From contig OZ220732.1 in assembly GCA_965116905.1 (NCBI GenBank), forward strand, positions 4,000,001-4,064,000: DNA of 64,000 bases, given 5' to 3'. The stretch comes from Longimicrobiales bacterium. Its GTDB lineage: Bacteria > Gemmatimonadota > Gemmatimonadetes > Longimicrobiales > Gaopeijiaceae. The notes below the pieces were generated by a model. The model was given only the letters and a program-made list of their open reading frames with translations, was not told the origin of the DNA and searched no databases. Numbering within the stretch: the first letter of the stretch is position 1; the number at the start of each line of letters is the position of its first letter. The position numbers and the translations under genes were made by a program. Shown piece after piece: positions 37,984 through 45,985 of this stretch.

Positions 37984-40164
37984 ATGCCGTACCGATTCTT
38001 TCGCATCGCCCCCCGTCTCCGCGCGGCCCGCGACCGCGCGGTTCGCGACGGCGGGGGCGCCGCCCAAGCCGTTCTCGTTGCCGTCCTCACCGTCCTGGCC
38101 GGGGCAGCCTGCTCCCCCTACCCGTCCCCACCGGACACCGCCCGCGACCCGGTCGTGGACACGCTCCATGGCGTCGCCATCACCGACGACTATCGCTGGC
38201 TGGAGGACCAGGACAGCCCGGAAACACGAGCCTGGATCGCCGAGCAGAACGCCTACGCCGAGCAGATCGTGGGCGATACGCCGCTGCGGCGCGGACTGGA
38301 GACCCGTTTGCGGGAGCTGATGAACGCCCCCGGGGCGCTCTTCCCCCGCCGGGCCGGCAACTACGAGTACTTCGCCTTCCGCGCGCCGGACCGCGAGGTG
38401 GGCGCGATCTATCGCCGTCCGGCGCCTGAAGAGCCCCAGCGCGATCCCGTAGAGCCGGGCGACGACTTCGAGCTCGTCCTGGATCCGCTCGACATTCATC
38501 CCGACGGCACCACGAGCGTCAGCATCCGCGACTTCTCGCCGGACGGCAACCTCATGATGTACGCGATCCGGGACGGCGGACAGGACGAGGTCATGATCCG
38601 TATCCGCGACGTCGCGACCGGCGAGGATCTGCCCGACCGGCTGCCCAACTTCCTGTACGGGTCCACCTTCTTCGACCCCGACGGCACAGGCTTCTACTAC
38701 ACGTGGCGGTCGCGCGAAGTCGGCCCCCGGGTCCGCCATCACACCCTCGGCACCGATATCGCCGACGACGCCGAACTGTTCGGCGAGGGACACGGACCCG
38801 AAACGTTCATCAACGCCGTGCAGGGCGGCGACGGCCGCTACATGATCTACACGGTGCAGCACGGGTGGGCCCGGAGCGACGTCTACCTGCACGACCTGGA
38901 GGCCGGGACGGAACCGCGGCCGATCAGCGCGGGCGCGCCCGCGCGCTTCCGCGCCCGCTTCATGGACGACGAGATCTTCCTGCTTACGAACCTGGACGCG
39001 CCGAGGAACCGGGTCGTGGCGGTGAATCTGCGCGATCCGGACCCCGATCCCGCCAACTGGCGCGACGTGATCGCCGAGGCCGACGACCTGCTGACCGGCT
39101 ATCAGATCATCGACGGCGCGATCTACGCGGACTATCTACACAACGTGAGCAGCAGGATCGTGCGCTACGGCATGGACGGGACGCGGACGGGGGAAATCCC
39201 TCTTCCCGAACACCACGTGGCGACGCTGCGCCCGTGGGGTGAAGGCGCGGGGCTGCTCACTCTTCAATCCCTCGTCACACCCACCCATATCGTCCGGCTC
39301 GATCTGGAGACGCACGAGACCGCGCCGTGGCTGCCGTCGGCGGTGCCCTTCGACGGCGAGAACTACGAGGTCAGCCAGGTCTGGTACATGTCGGCGGACG
39401 GGACCGAGGCACCGATGTACGTGGCGCATCGGCGGGGGTACGAGCCCGACGGCGACACTCCGACGCTGCTGTACGGGTACGGCGGCTTCAACAGCAACAA
39501 CATGCCGCGCTTCAACAACGGCGCGGCGGCGTGGATGGAACGGGGCGGCGTCTATGCGCTGGCGACGCTCCGGGGCGGCGGCGAGTTCGGCGAGGAGTGG
39601 CACCGGGCGGGGATGCTCGAGAACAAGCCGAACGTGTTCGACGACTTCATCGCGGCAGCCGAGTGGCTCATCGCGAACGGCTACACGAATCCGGACCGGC
39701 TGGCGATCCGCGGTGTCAGCAACGGCGGGCTGCTCGTAGGCTCGGCGCTGACGAAGCGGCCCGACCTCTATCGGGCGGTCTTTTGCGGCCTGCCCGACCT
39801 GGACATGGTGCGGTTCTACCAGTTCACCGACAGCAACAACATGCCCGCGCTGCTGGAGTACGGGAACGCGGCCGTCAAGGAGGAGTTCGAGGTGCTGCGG
39901 ACGTTTTCGCCGTACCAGAACGTGAGCGATGGGGTGGCGTATCCGGCGGTCCTGCTGACCCAGGGCGACCTGGACACGCGCGTGCCCCCGCTCCAGGCGC
40001 GGAAGATGGCGGCGCGGCTGCAGGCGGCGACCAGTTCGGGGCTGCCGGTGATCCTGGACTACGATCCGCGGGCCGGGCACGCGGGCGGGCGGACGTTCAG
40101 CCGCGGCGTGCGGAACTCGGCAATGGAACTGGCGTTTCTGCTGGGGCAGCTGGGAGTGGAGTGA
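37984..40164 (+). CDS. Prolyl oligopeptidase (S9A), probable lipoprotein
   Basis: DDYRWLED, YGYGGF, RGGGEFG..WH, GVSNGG nucleophile, DTRVPP, AGH; lipobox-like LAGAAC. Confidence 0.93.
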   Translation: MPYRFFRIAPRLRAARDRAVRDGGGAAQAVLVAVLTVLAGAACSPYPSPPDTARDPVVDTLHGVAITDDYRWLEDQDSPETRAWIAEQNAYAEQIVGDTPLRRGLETRLRELMNAPGALFPRRAGNYEYFAFRAPDREVGAIYRRPAPEEPQRDPVEPGDDFELVLDPLDIHPDGTTSVSIRDFSPDGNLMMYAIRDGGQDEVMIRIRDVATGEDLPDRLPNFLYGSTFFDPDGTGFYYTWRSREVGPRVRHHTLGTDIADDAELFGEGHGPETFINAVQGGDGRYMIYTVQHGWARSDVYLHDLEAGTEPRPISAGAPARFRARFMDDEIFLLTNLDAPRNRVVAVNLRDPDPDPANWRDVIAEADDLLTGYQIIDGAIYADYLHNVSSRIVRYGMDGTRTGEIPLPEHHVATLRPWGEGAGLLTLQSLVTPTHIVRLDLETHETAPWLPSAVPFDGENYEVSQVWYMSADGTEAPMYVAHRRGYEPDGDTPTLLYGYGGFNSNNMPRFNNGAAAWMERGGVYALATLRGGGEFGEEWHRAGMLENKPNVFDDFIAAAEWLIANGYTNPDRLAIRGVSNGGLLVGSALTKRPDLYRAVFCGLPDLDMVRFYQFTDSNNMPALLEYGNAAVKEEFEVLRTFSPYQNVSDGVAYPAVLLTQGDLDTRVPPLQARKMAARLQAATSSGLPVILDYDPRAGHAGGRTFSRGVRNSAMELAFLLGQLGVE

Positions 40165-40195
40165 ATGCCGACGCGACACGCCCGGAACATATGTG

Positions 40196-40224
40196 TTGCC
40201 TACCAGCAAGCGGACGTGTATGAT
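40196..40224 (+). promoter_or_regulatory. sigma70-like promoter of the RiPP precursor gene
   Basis: TTGCCT (40196-40201), N17, TATGAT (40219-40224), 50 bp upstream of the ATG; RBS AAGGGAGG. Confidence 0.65.
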
Positions 40225-40274
40225 TGTCTGAGAGTGTTGTCCTGTGTCGAAGTTCAGAACTAAGGGAGGAAGCT

Positions 40275-40526
40275 ATGAGAAGCGGCGACGAAATGTTGCA
40301 GCAAATCGTGGAGAAGTCCGCGCTGGACACGGAGTTTCGGCAACGGCTTCTTACAGATCCAAAGACCGCGATCAGTGGCGAGCTGGGCATTACGATCCCC
40401 GATTCGATGAACATCAGGGTCCATGAGAGCGACATGCAGACGGTGCATCTTGCGCTGCCGCCGGATCCGAACATCACCGAGGAGCAGCTCGAAGCCATCT
40501 CGGCCGGCCTCTGCTGCTGCTGGTAG
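40275..40526 (+). CDS. srpE: NHLP (nitrile-hydratase-like leader) proteusin precursor, core LCCCW
   Basis: Leader IVEKSALDTEFRQRLLTDPK...IRVHE...VHLALPP and double-Gly-type motif ITEEQLEAISAG, then core LCCCW. The symbol is the name recalled for the sponge srp homolog. Confidence 0.93.
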   Translation: MRSGDEMLQQIVEKSALDTEFRQRLLTDPKTAISGELGITIPDSMNIRVHESDMQTVHLALPPDPNITEEQLEAISAGLCCCW

Positions 40527-40667
40527 AGCCCCGTAGTCGGCGAGTAGTCGACTAACAACGCATTCGAGATCGCTCCCATCCGGCGGACATGTTGCCGCCG
40601 TGCTGGTGGATCGTACAATCAATCCGTCTTCTCACTCTGGACCCTGCGGCGCGGGAGGTAGCGACGC

Positions 40668-41924
40668 GTGACGGGCCGGTTATGGCGAATCGGGTGGCGC
40701 AACCTCGGCCGTAACCGGAAGCGAACAGTTCTCACCGCGCTCGGCCTCGCGGTCGGCTACTTTTCCGTGGTGTTCATGGTCGGCTGGGCCGAGGGGGTCT
40801 CGACGGGACTCGTCGAGAACGCCACGTCGCTGGTCAGTGGGCAGATCGAGATCCACGACGCCGACTACCGGCCCGAGCGCAGCCTTTACGAGACCATCGG
40901 CGGACGCGAGGGTGCCGACGTGGCGGACCTCCTGCGCACCATCGAGGCCGATCCCTCGGTCGTGGCCGCCGCCCCGCGCGTGTACGCGAGCGGGCTCGTG
41001 AGTTCCGGCGAGGCGACATCGGCCGGCACTCTGCTCGGCGTCGACCCCGAGCGCGAGCTGGCGCTGACACGTTTTCTGGATCCCCTGGCAGCGGGCCGCC
41101 TGCCTGCCACCGGCCAACACGAAGCCGTTGTGGGAGACGAGATGGCGCGGCAGCTCGAGCTGAGCATCGGGGACGAACTCGTCGTCGTCGCCTCGGCGGC
41201 GGACGGCTCGATGGGCAACGACCTGTACACGGTCACCGGCATCTTCCGGACCGGCCTGCTCGAGTTCGATGCCGGCACCATGGTCATTCCGGTCGCAGAC
41301 CTGCAGACGCTCGTGGTCCTCGATCCGGATCGGGTCCACGAAATCGCAGTCAGCACCGACGATCCGTCGCAAGCCGACCTGACCGCGACCCGCCTCGCAT
41401 CCACCCTTGGAGCCCCCGAGCGGGCGATGTCGGTCGCGCCGTGGACCGAGCTCAATCCGGTGCTTGCCCAGTATGTCGCGCTCGCGGATGCGATGTACTG
41501 GATCTTCATCGTCCTCATCTTTTCAGTCGCCAGCTTCGGCATCGCCAACACGACGCTGATGGCCACCTTCGAACGCCGCCGCGAGTTCGCCGTCATGCTG
41601 GCGATGGGTGCATCGCCGCGGTCCGTGGTGGGCACGGTGCTGTCCGAGGCGGTCGCGACCGGCGTCATCGGGCTGGGCCTCGGGACCGCCGTCACGGCGC
41701 CGCTGTTGATCTGGTTCTCCACGGCGCCGCCCGACATCGGATGGCTCTTCGCAAACCTCACCGTAGAGGGCGTCCTGCTGACGCCGAGTCTCCGGGTGGG
41801 GGCCAACGTACCGGCATGGACCTGGGCGACAATCGGCCTCATCGTCACGGCACTCGTCTCCGCCCTCTACCCGGCAATCCGTGCCGCGCGGGTGCCGCCT
41901 GCCGACACTCTCTCGGGCCTGTAG
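40668..41924 (+). CDS. ABC transporter permease, FtsX/MacB/LolE-like
   Basis: WRNLGRNRKRT, periplasmic domain, NT.LMA.FERRREF..M.A.G, LYPAIRAA. Confidence 0.9.
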   Translation: MTGRLWRIGWRNLGRNRKRTVLTALGLAVGYFSVVFMVGWAEGVSTGLVENATSLVSGQIEIHDADYRPERSLYETIGGREGADVADLLRTIEADPSVVAAAPRVYASGLVSSGEATSAGTLLGVDPERELALTRFLDPLAAGRLPATGQHEAVVGDEMARQLELSIGDELVVVASAADGSMGNDLYTVTGIFRTGLLEFDAGTMVIPVADLQTLVVLDPDRVHEIAVSTDDPSQADLTATRLASTLGAPERAMSVAPWTELNPVLAQYVALADAMYWIFIVLIFSVASFGIANTTLMATFERRREFAVMLAMGASPRSVVGTVLSEAVATGVIGLGLGTAVTAPLLIWFSTAPPDIGWLFANLTVEGVLLTPSLRVGANVPAWTWATIGLIVTALVSALYPAIRAARVPPADTLSGL

Positions 41925-41926
41925 CC

Positions 41927-43204
41927 GTGCTCCTGCGCGTCCTGGTCCGGCTCGCCCTCAGGAACCTGCGCCGTCATCTGCGTCGCACGGTGCTGACTGC
42001 CTCGGCGATGATGGTCGGCGGCGCATTCCTGGTCTGGTCGATGACGATCGATGACGGCAGCCACGAACAGTGGGTCGATTCCGGTGTGCGCATGGGGAGC
42101 GGACACGTGACCATCGAGCGGCCCGAGTACCGGCTGCGCCGCCAGATCGACGACCGGCTGCCGACGGACGTCAGCCGCGCCGCGGAGCAGGCACTGGCCT
42201 CTCCCGAGGTCGCGCGGCACGTCGTGACCGTGTCCGCCAAACTCGGTATCAACGGCCTGGCGAGTTCGGCGGCCGGTGCCCGCCCGGCGGAGATCGTGGG
42301 GGTCGATCCCGTCGCCGAAGCGGCCTTCGGCACAATCGACGATGCGGTGATCGAAGGGCGCTACCTCGAGCCCGATGATCGGCTGGCGGCCTATGTCGGC
42401 GCCGATCTGGCCCGCAGCCTTGGACTCGAGATCGGATCGCGCTTCGTCGTGCAGGCGCAGGGCACCGATGGCGAGATTGCGGGGCAGCTGCTCTACGTCA
42501 TAGGGATCTTCCGCAGTCGCGTGCCCGCCATCGACCAGGCGACGATTCACGTCACGCTCGCGACAGCCGGCGAGTGGCTCGGTTCCGGTAGCGACGTGAC
42601 CAACGTCGCGGTCGTGCTGCAAGGCAGCGGCAGGACCCGGTGGGTCTCCGACCGCCTGGCGCGGGCGCTGGCGGAGCCGGTGGAACGCGGCGAGGCACGC
42701 GTCGTAGAGTGGCGCGAGGCGAACCCTGTCCTGGCGGCAGGGGTCGCGATCGACGAATTCGGCAACTACGTGATTCAGGGGTTCCTGTTCGTCATCATCG
42801 CGTTCGCGATCGTCAACACGGTGCTGATGTCGGTGATGCATCGCCAGCGCGAGTTCGGCGTGCTTCAGGCGCAGGGGCTGACGCCGGGTCAGACGGGCAC
42901 CGTCGTGCTCATCGAAGGCCTCACGCTATCCGCGGTCAGCGGGCTCGTCGGCGTCGGCCTGGGACTCCTGGGCACCTGGTATTTCTTCGGCGACGGTTTC
43001 GACTCGTCGGTCTTCATGCGGGGTATCGACGAGTTGACATTCTCGGGTGCCGCCGTTGATCCCATCATCGTGCCAATCTTCGGGGTACGACGCATTGTCC
43101 AGGTTGTCGCGTTCATTCTCGGCATTGGCATTCTCGCCTCGGTCTATCCCGCGCTGCGCGCCGCCCGGGTCGACGTTACCGAGGCGATGAAGTTCGATCG
43201 GTAG
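41927..43204 (+). CDS. ABC transporter permease, FtsX/MacB/LolE-like (second paralog)
   Basis: ALRNLRRHLRRT, NTVLMSVMHRQREFG, YPALRAA; GTG 2 nt after the previous stop. Confidence 0.9.
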   Translation: MLLRVLVRLALRNLRRHLRRTVLTASAMMVGGAFLVWSMTIDDGSHEQWVDSGVRMGSGHVTIERPEYRLRRQIDDRLPTDVSRAAEQALASPEVARHVVTVSAKLGINGLASSAAGARPAEIVGVDPVAEAAFGTIDDAVIEGRYLEPDDRLAAYVGADLARSLGLEIGSRFVVQAQGTDGEIAGQLLYVIGIFRSRVPAIDQATIHVTLATAGEWLGSGSDVTNVAVVLQGSGRTRWVSDRLARALAEPVERGEARVVEWREANPVLAAGVAIDEFGNYVIQGFLFVIIAFAIVNTVLMSVMHRQREFGVLQAQGLTPGQTGTVVLIEGLTLSAVSGLVGVGLGLLGTWYFFGDGFDSSVFMRGIDELTFSGAAVDPIIVPIFGVRRIVQVVAFILGIGILASVYPALRAARVDVTEAMKFDR

Positions 43205-43210
43205 GAGGTC

Positions 43211-43912
43211 ATGGCAATGAGTAAAACGGCAGCCGCCCGGACCGACGGCGTCTGGAAGGTCTTCCAGCAGGAAGCTGAATCCGTCGAGGCGGTCCGCGAC
43301 GTCAGCCTGACCATAGAGCGTGGCGAGTTCACCGCGCTTGCGGGACCGTCGGGCTCCGGCAAGACGACGCTGCTGAATCTGATCGGTGGCCTGACCAGCC
43401 CCACAAAGGGACGGGTCTGGGTGGCCGGGCACGAGGTGAGCCGCATGTCGACCCGGGATTTGGCGCGGCTACGGCTCGAGGAGGTTGGCTTCGTCTTTCA
43501 GGCCTATAACCTGCTCCCCGTGCTCACGGCATTGGAGAACGCGGAATTCCCGATGCTCCTCCAGGGCGTGCCCGTGAAGGAGCGTCAGGCGCGGGTCCGC
43601 GAACTCTTTGCGCGAACGGGCATGGAAGGGCTCGAAGACCGGCGCCCGGGCAAGCTGTCAGGCGGCCAGCAGCAGCGCGTCGCCGTCGTCCGTGCGGTGG
43701 CTGGCCGTCCGGCCCTCGTGCTTGCGGACGAGCCGACGGCGAACCTCGACTCGGTCACCAGCGAAGCGCTCCTCGATGTCATGGGCGAGCTGAATCGCGA
43801 CCTCGGAGTGACCTTCGTCTTCGCCACCCACGACAGCCGCGTCATGGAGCGGTGCCGGCGTCTGGTCCGCATGGTCGACGGCGCTGTGCGTGACGACGAG
43901 CCCGGATCCTAG
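43211..43912 (+). CDS. ABC ATP-binding protein, LolD/MacB-like
   Basis: GPSGSGKT, GFVFQAYNL, LSGGQQQR, LADEPTANLD, ATHD. Confidence 0.95.
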   Translation: MAMSKTAAARTDGVWKVFQQEAESVEAVRDVSLTIERGEFTALAGPSGSGKTTLLNLIGGLTSPTKGRVWVAGHEVSRMSTRDLARLRLEEVGFVFQAYNLLPVLTALENAEFPMLLQGVPVKERQARVRELFARTGMEGLEDRRPGKLSGGQQQRVAVVRAVAGRPALVLADEPTANLDSVTSEALLDVMGELNRDLGVTFVFATHDSRVMERCRRLVRMVDGAVRDDEPGS

Positions 43913-43933
43913 CAGCCAGCCTGGGTGGCGAGA

Positions 43934-45226
43934 CTAGCAGCCTAGACCCTGGGACACCTGGGCATAGCTGGTAAGCGGGACCGCGCACATCCGATGCCAG
44001 TCCTCCTGGTCGATGACGGGTTGGTTCAACAGTTCAATCATCTCGTCGAAGTCATGGAGCGCGGAGCACCCCACCACCGCCGGGTCCGCTGCCTGCCGGT
44101 GTCGTGGCCAGGCGCGGTCACGAGCATGGCGCCAGAAGCCGCTGTTGTACCTGGAGCCGCACGAGTAGTGCCAGCCGACGAACAGGCCGTAGCGGATCAT
44201 GTTGTTGATGAGGAACCGATTGACCACGGGCGCGTCGCGCTCGAGATGCTCCGGCGGACGGCTGAGGCGCGTCCGGAGCACCATCCCGATCTGCAATTGG
44301 GCGGATACGATCGCCGTTGCCTCGAGCGGCTCCATGAAGGCCGCTGCGTTGCCGATGCGGGCCACGGCACCGTCGTAGATCCGACGGTGGACGAAGTTGG
44401 GAAACCCGATGACGGCGCGCTGCTCAAACTCGGACACGCCGTCGGCCTCGAGGAGCCTGTCAAAATCCGATTCGACGTCGACCAGGCTCGACAGGTTGCC
44501 GTTGAAGACGTACCCGTAGGATGTGTGGGCAGTGAGCGGAATCACGAATACCCAGCCGTGTCGACGCGCAACCGCGCGCGTGTACGTGTGCTGGAGCACC
44601 GGTCCATCCCGCTCTTCGCTGAAGACCGGCGGACAGCGGCGTATGACGGCCGTATCGGTGGGGATGAAGGGAAGGTCGATGTGCTGGTCGGGACGGAGCT
44701 CCCTGGGGAACCCGCGCGCATCGAACACGAGGTCGTACCGTTCCGGCGGCCGGCCCTCGAATTCCACGCGAGCGCCGCCACTCACCCTGGTGATATCGAG
44801 TACCCTCGCATCGATGTGCCGCGCGCGCGTGCCTTCGTGGAGCAGGTCCGCCATCAGGTCGGCGGACAGGTGGTAGGCGTAGGACACCTGCTGCGGCGTG
44901 AAGTAGTGGGTGAAGTCCCGATCGCGTCGGCCCCATCCCTCGAACGCGACACCGTACTTGCGAGTCCCACTCAGGCGCTGCTGTACGGTGTCGTGCGGCA
45001 GACTCGTCAGCTGTTGCAGCTCCCGAACCAGGCTCGGCCAGCTGCCTTCACCGACTCCGATCACCGGGATCCGCGAGTCGTATATGTGGTGCAGCTCGTG
45101 ATCGCTGTCGGGATGAAGACGCGTCACGCTGGCGGCCGCCAGGCACCCTGCGGTCCCTCGCCCCACAACCGCGATCTTCCGTAGGGATTCGCTCTTCCGT
45201 AAGGACTCGGTGCCTGGGTGTATCAC
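43934..45226 (-). CDS. srpI: Flavin-dependent tryptophan halogenase family (putative peptidyl-Trp brominase)
   Basis: VVGRGTAG (GxGxxG), IGVGEGS, TRKYGV (catalytic Lys position), FDARGF, GWVFVIP (WxWxIP variant), IGNAAAFMEPLEAT; GTG start after GGAGG. The symbol is recalled from the srp cluster. Confidence 0.88.
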   Translation of the reverse strand: MIHPGTESLRKSESLRKIAVVGRGTAGCLAAASVTRLHPDSDHELHHIYDSRIPVIGVGEGSWPSLVRELQQLTSLPHDTVQQRLSGTRKYGVAFEGWGRRDRDFTHYFTPQQVSYAYHLSADLMADLLHEGTRARHIDARVLDITRVSGGARVEFEGRPPERYDLVFDARGFPRELRPDQHIDLPFIPTDTAVIRRCPPVFSEERDGPVLQHTYTRAVARRHGWVFVIPLTAHTSYGYVFNGNLSSLVDVESDFDRLLEADGVSEFEQRAVIGFPNFVHRRIYDGAVARIGNAAAFMEPLEATAIVSAQLQIGMVLRTRLSRPPEHLERDAPVVNRFLINNMIRYGLFVGWHYSCGSRYNSGFWRHARDRAWPRHRQAADPAVVGCSALHDFDEMIELLNQPVIDQEDWHRMCAVPLTSYAQVSQGLGC

Positions 45227-45367
45227 CCCAAATGCCCTCCACGACCGTCGACTGCGGGACTCTTCGATGTGCCGCGGACAGCAAGCTAACACGATCTTCG
45301 CATCATCGCCGTCGGCGCGGCTCTCGTCGTTTCCTTGGGGGACGAGGTCTGCACCGTTCACCCGAGG

Positions 45368-45376
45368 TGTTATACT
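45368..45376 (+). promoter_or_regulatory. Extended -10 promoter (TGnTATACT) for the NHLM export/maturation operon
   Basis: TG-T-TATACT in the divergent intergenic region, 57 bp before the GTG at 45433. Confidence 0.5.
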
Positions 45377-45432
45377 ACCCGGCGAGACCGGTCCGTCCCT
45401 GCTTGATCGTGATGAGGAGTCTGTGTGGAGCC

Positions 45433-45984
45433 GTGTTCAATAACCCGCTTGGTTCGTTTCACAATACCGTTGCCGAAGCAAAGGAAGAACGCGAGCAACT
45501 CGACCGTCTGCTGACGGTTTCCACACCGCGAGAGCGCCTGCTTGTCACAGTCATCGCTCTTGTGTTGGTCATCTTCATCACCTGGCTCTTTTTCGGCAGC
45601 GTAGCCCGTAGCCTTGCGATCGACGGCGTACTCGAGGAGTCCGGCCAAAACCTGTCCGAAGCCGCCCAGTCAGTGCAGGCGCTGGTCTGGATCGAGAACG
45701 ACGTTCTGCCCGAGGTCAGGGCCGGGATGCCGGCGTCGATCGAACTGGGCGGGGCGGATGGAGACGCGGGCACGATTGGCGGAGAGATTACGATGATTTC
45801 CGCTGTCCGCCTGCCCGAGCTTCCAGCGGCCTTCGAGTCCGCAGTGCCGGCCTCCGTCCATCGCGTCCAGATCGCGCTCGACGAAAGCCCCGACTCTTCC
45901 TTCGTTGCGGGCCGGGAATGCCGGATCGTCATCGAAATCGGCACCCAGGCTCCGATCGCACTCCTGCGACTGGGGCAACCATAG
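45433..45984 (+). CDS. Short NHLM-system secretion (HlyD-like) accessory protein
   Basis: EQLDRLLTVSTPRERL, one TM ending WLFFGSV...DGVL, and a C-terminal beta domain ending QAPIALL. At 183 aa it lacks the long coiled coil. Confidence 0.72.
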   Translation: MFNNPLGSFHNTVAEAKEEREQLDRLLTVSTPRERLLVTVIALVLVIFITWLFFGSVARSLAIDGVLEESGQNLSEAAQSVQALVWIENDVLPEVRAGMPASIELGGADGDAGTIGGEITMISAVRLPELPAAFESAVPASVHRVQIALDESPDSSFVAGRECRIVIEIGTQAPIALLRLGQP

Positions 45985-45985
45985 C

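Noticed and set aside
40275..40526. Nitrile hydratase alpha subunit
   Set aside because: Too short, lacks the CxxCSC metal motif, has no beta subunit, and carries a double-Gly-type cleavage motif typical of NHLP precursors.
43909..43945. Direct repeat CTAGCAGCC between the ABC ATPase and halogenase stops as a target-site duplication
   Set aside because: Only 9 bp, and the second copy is simply the halogenase C-terminal codons.
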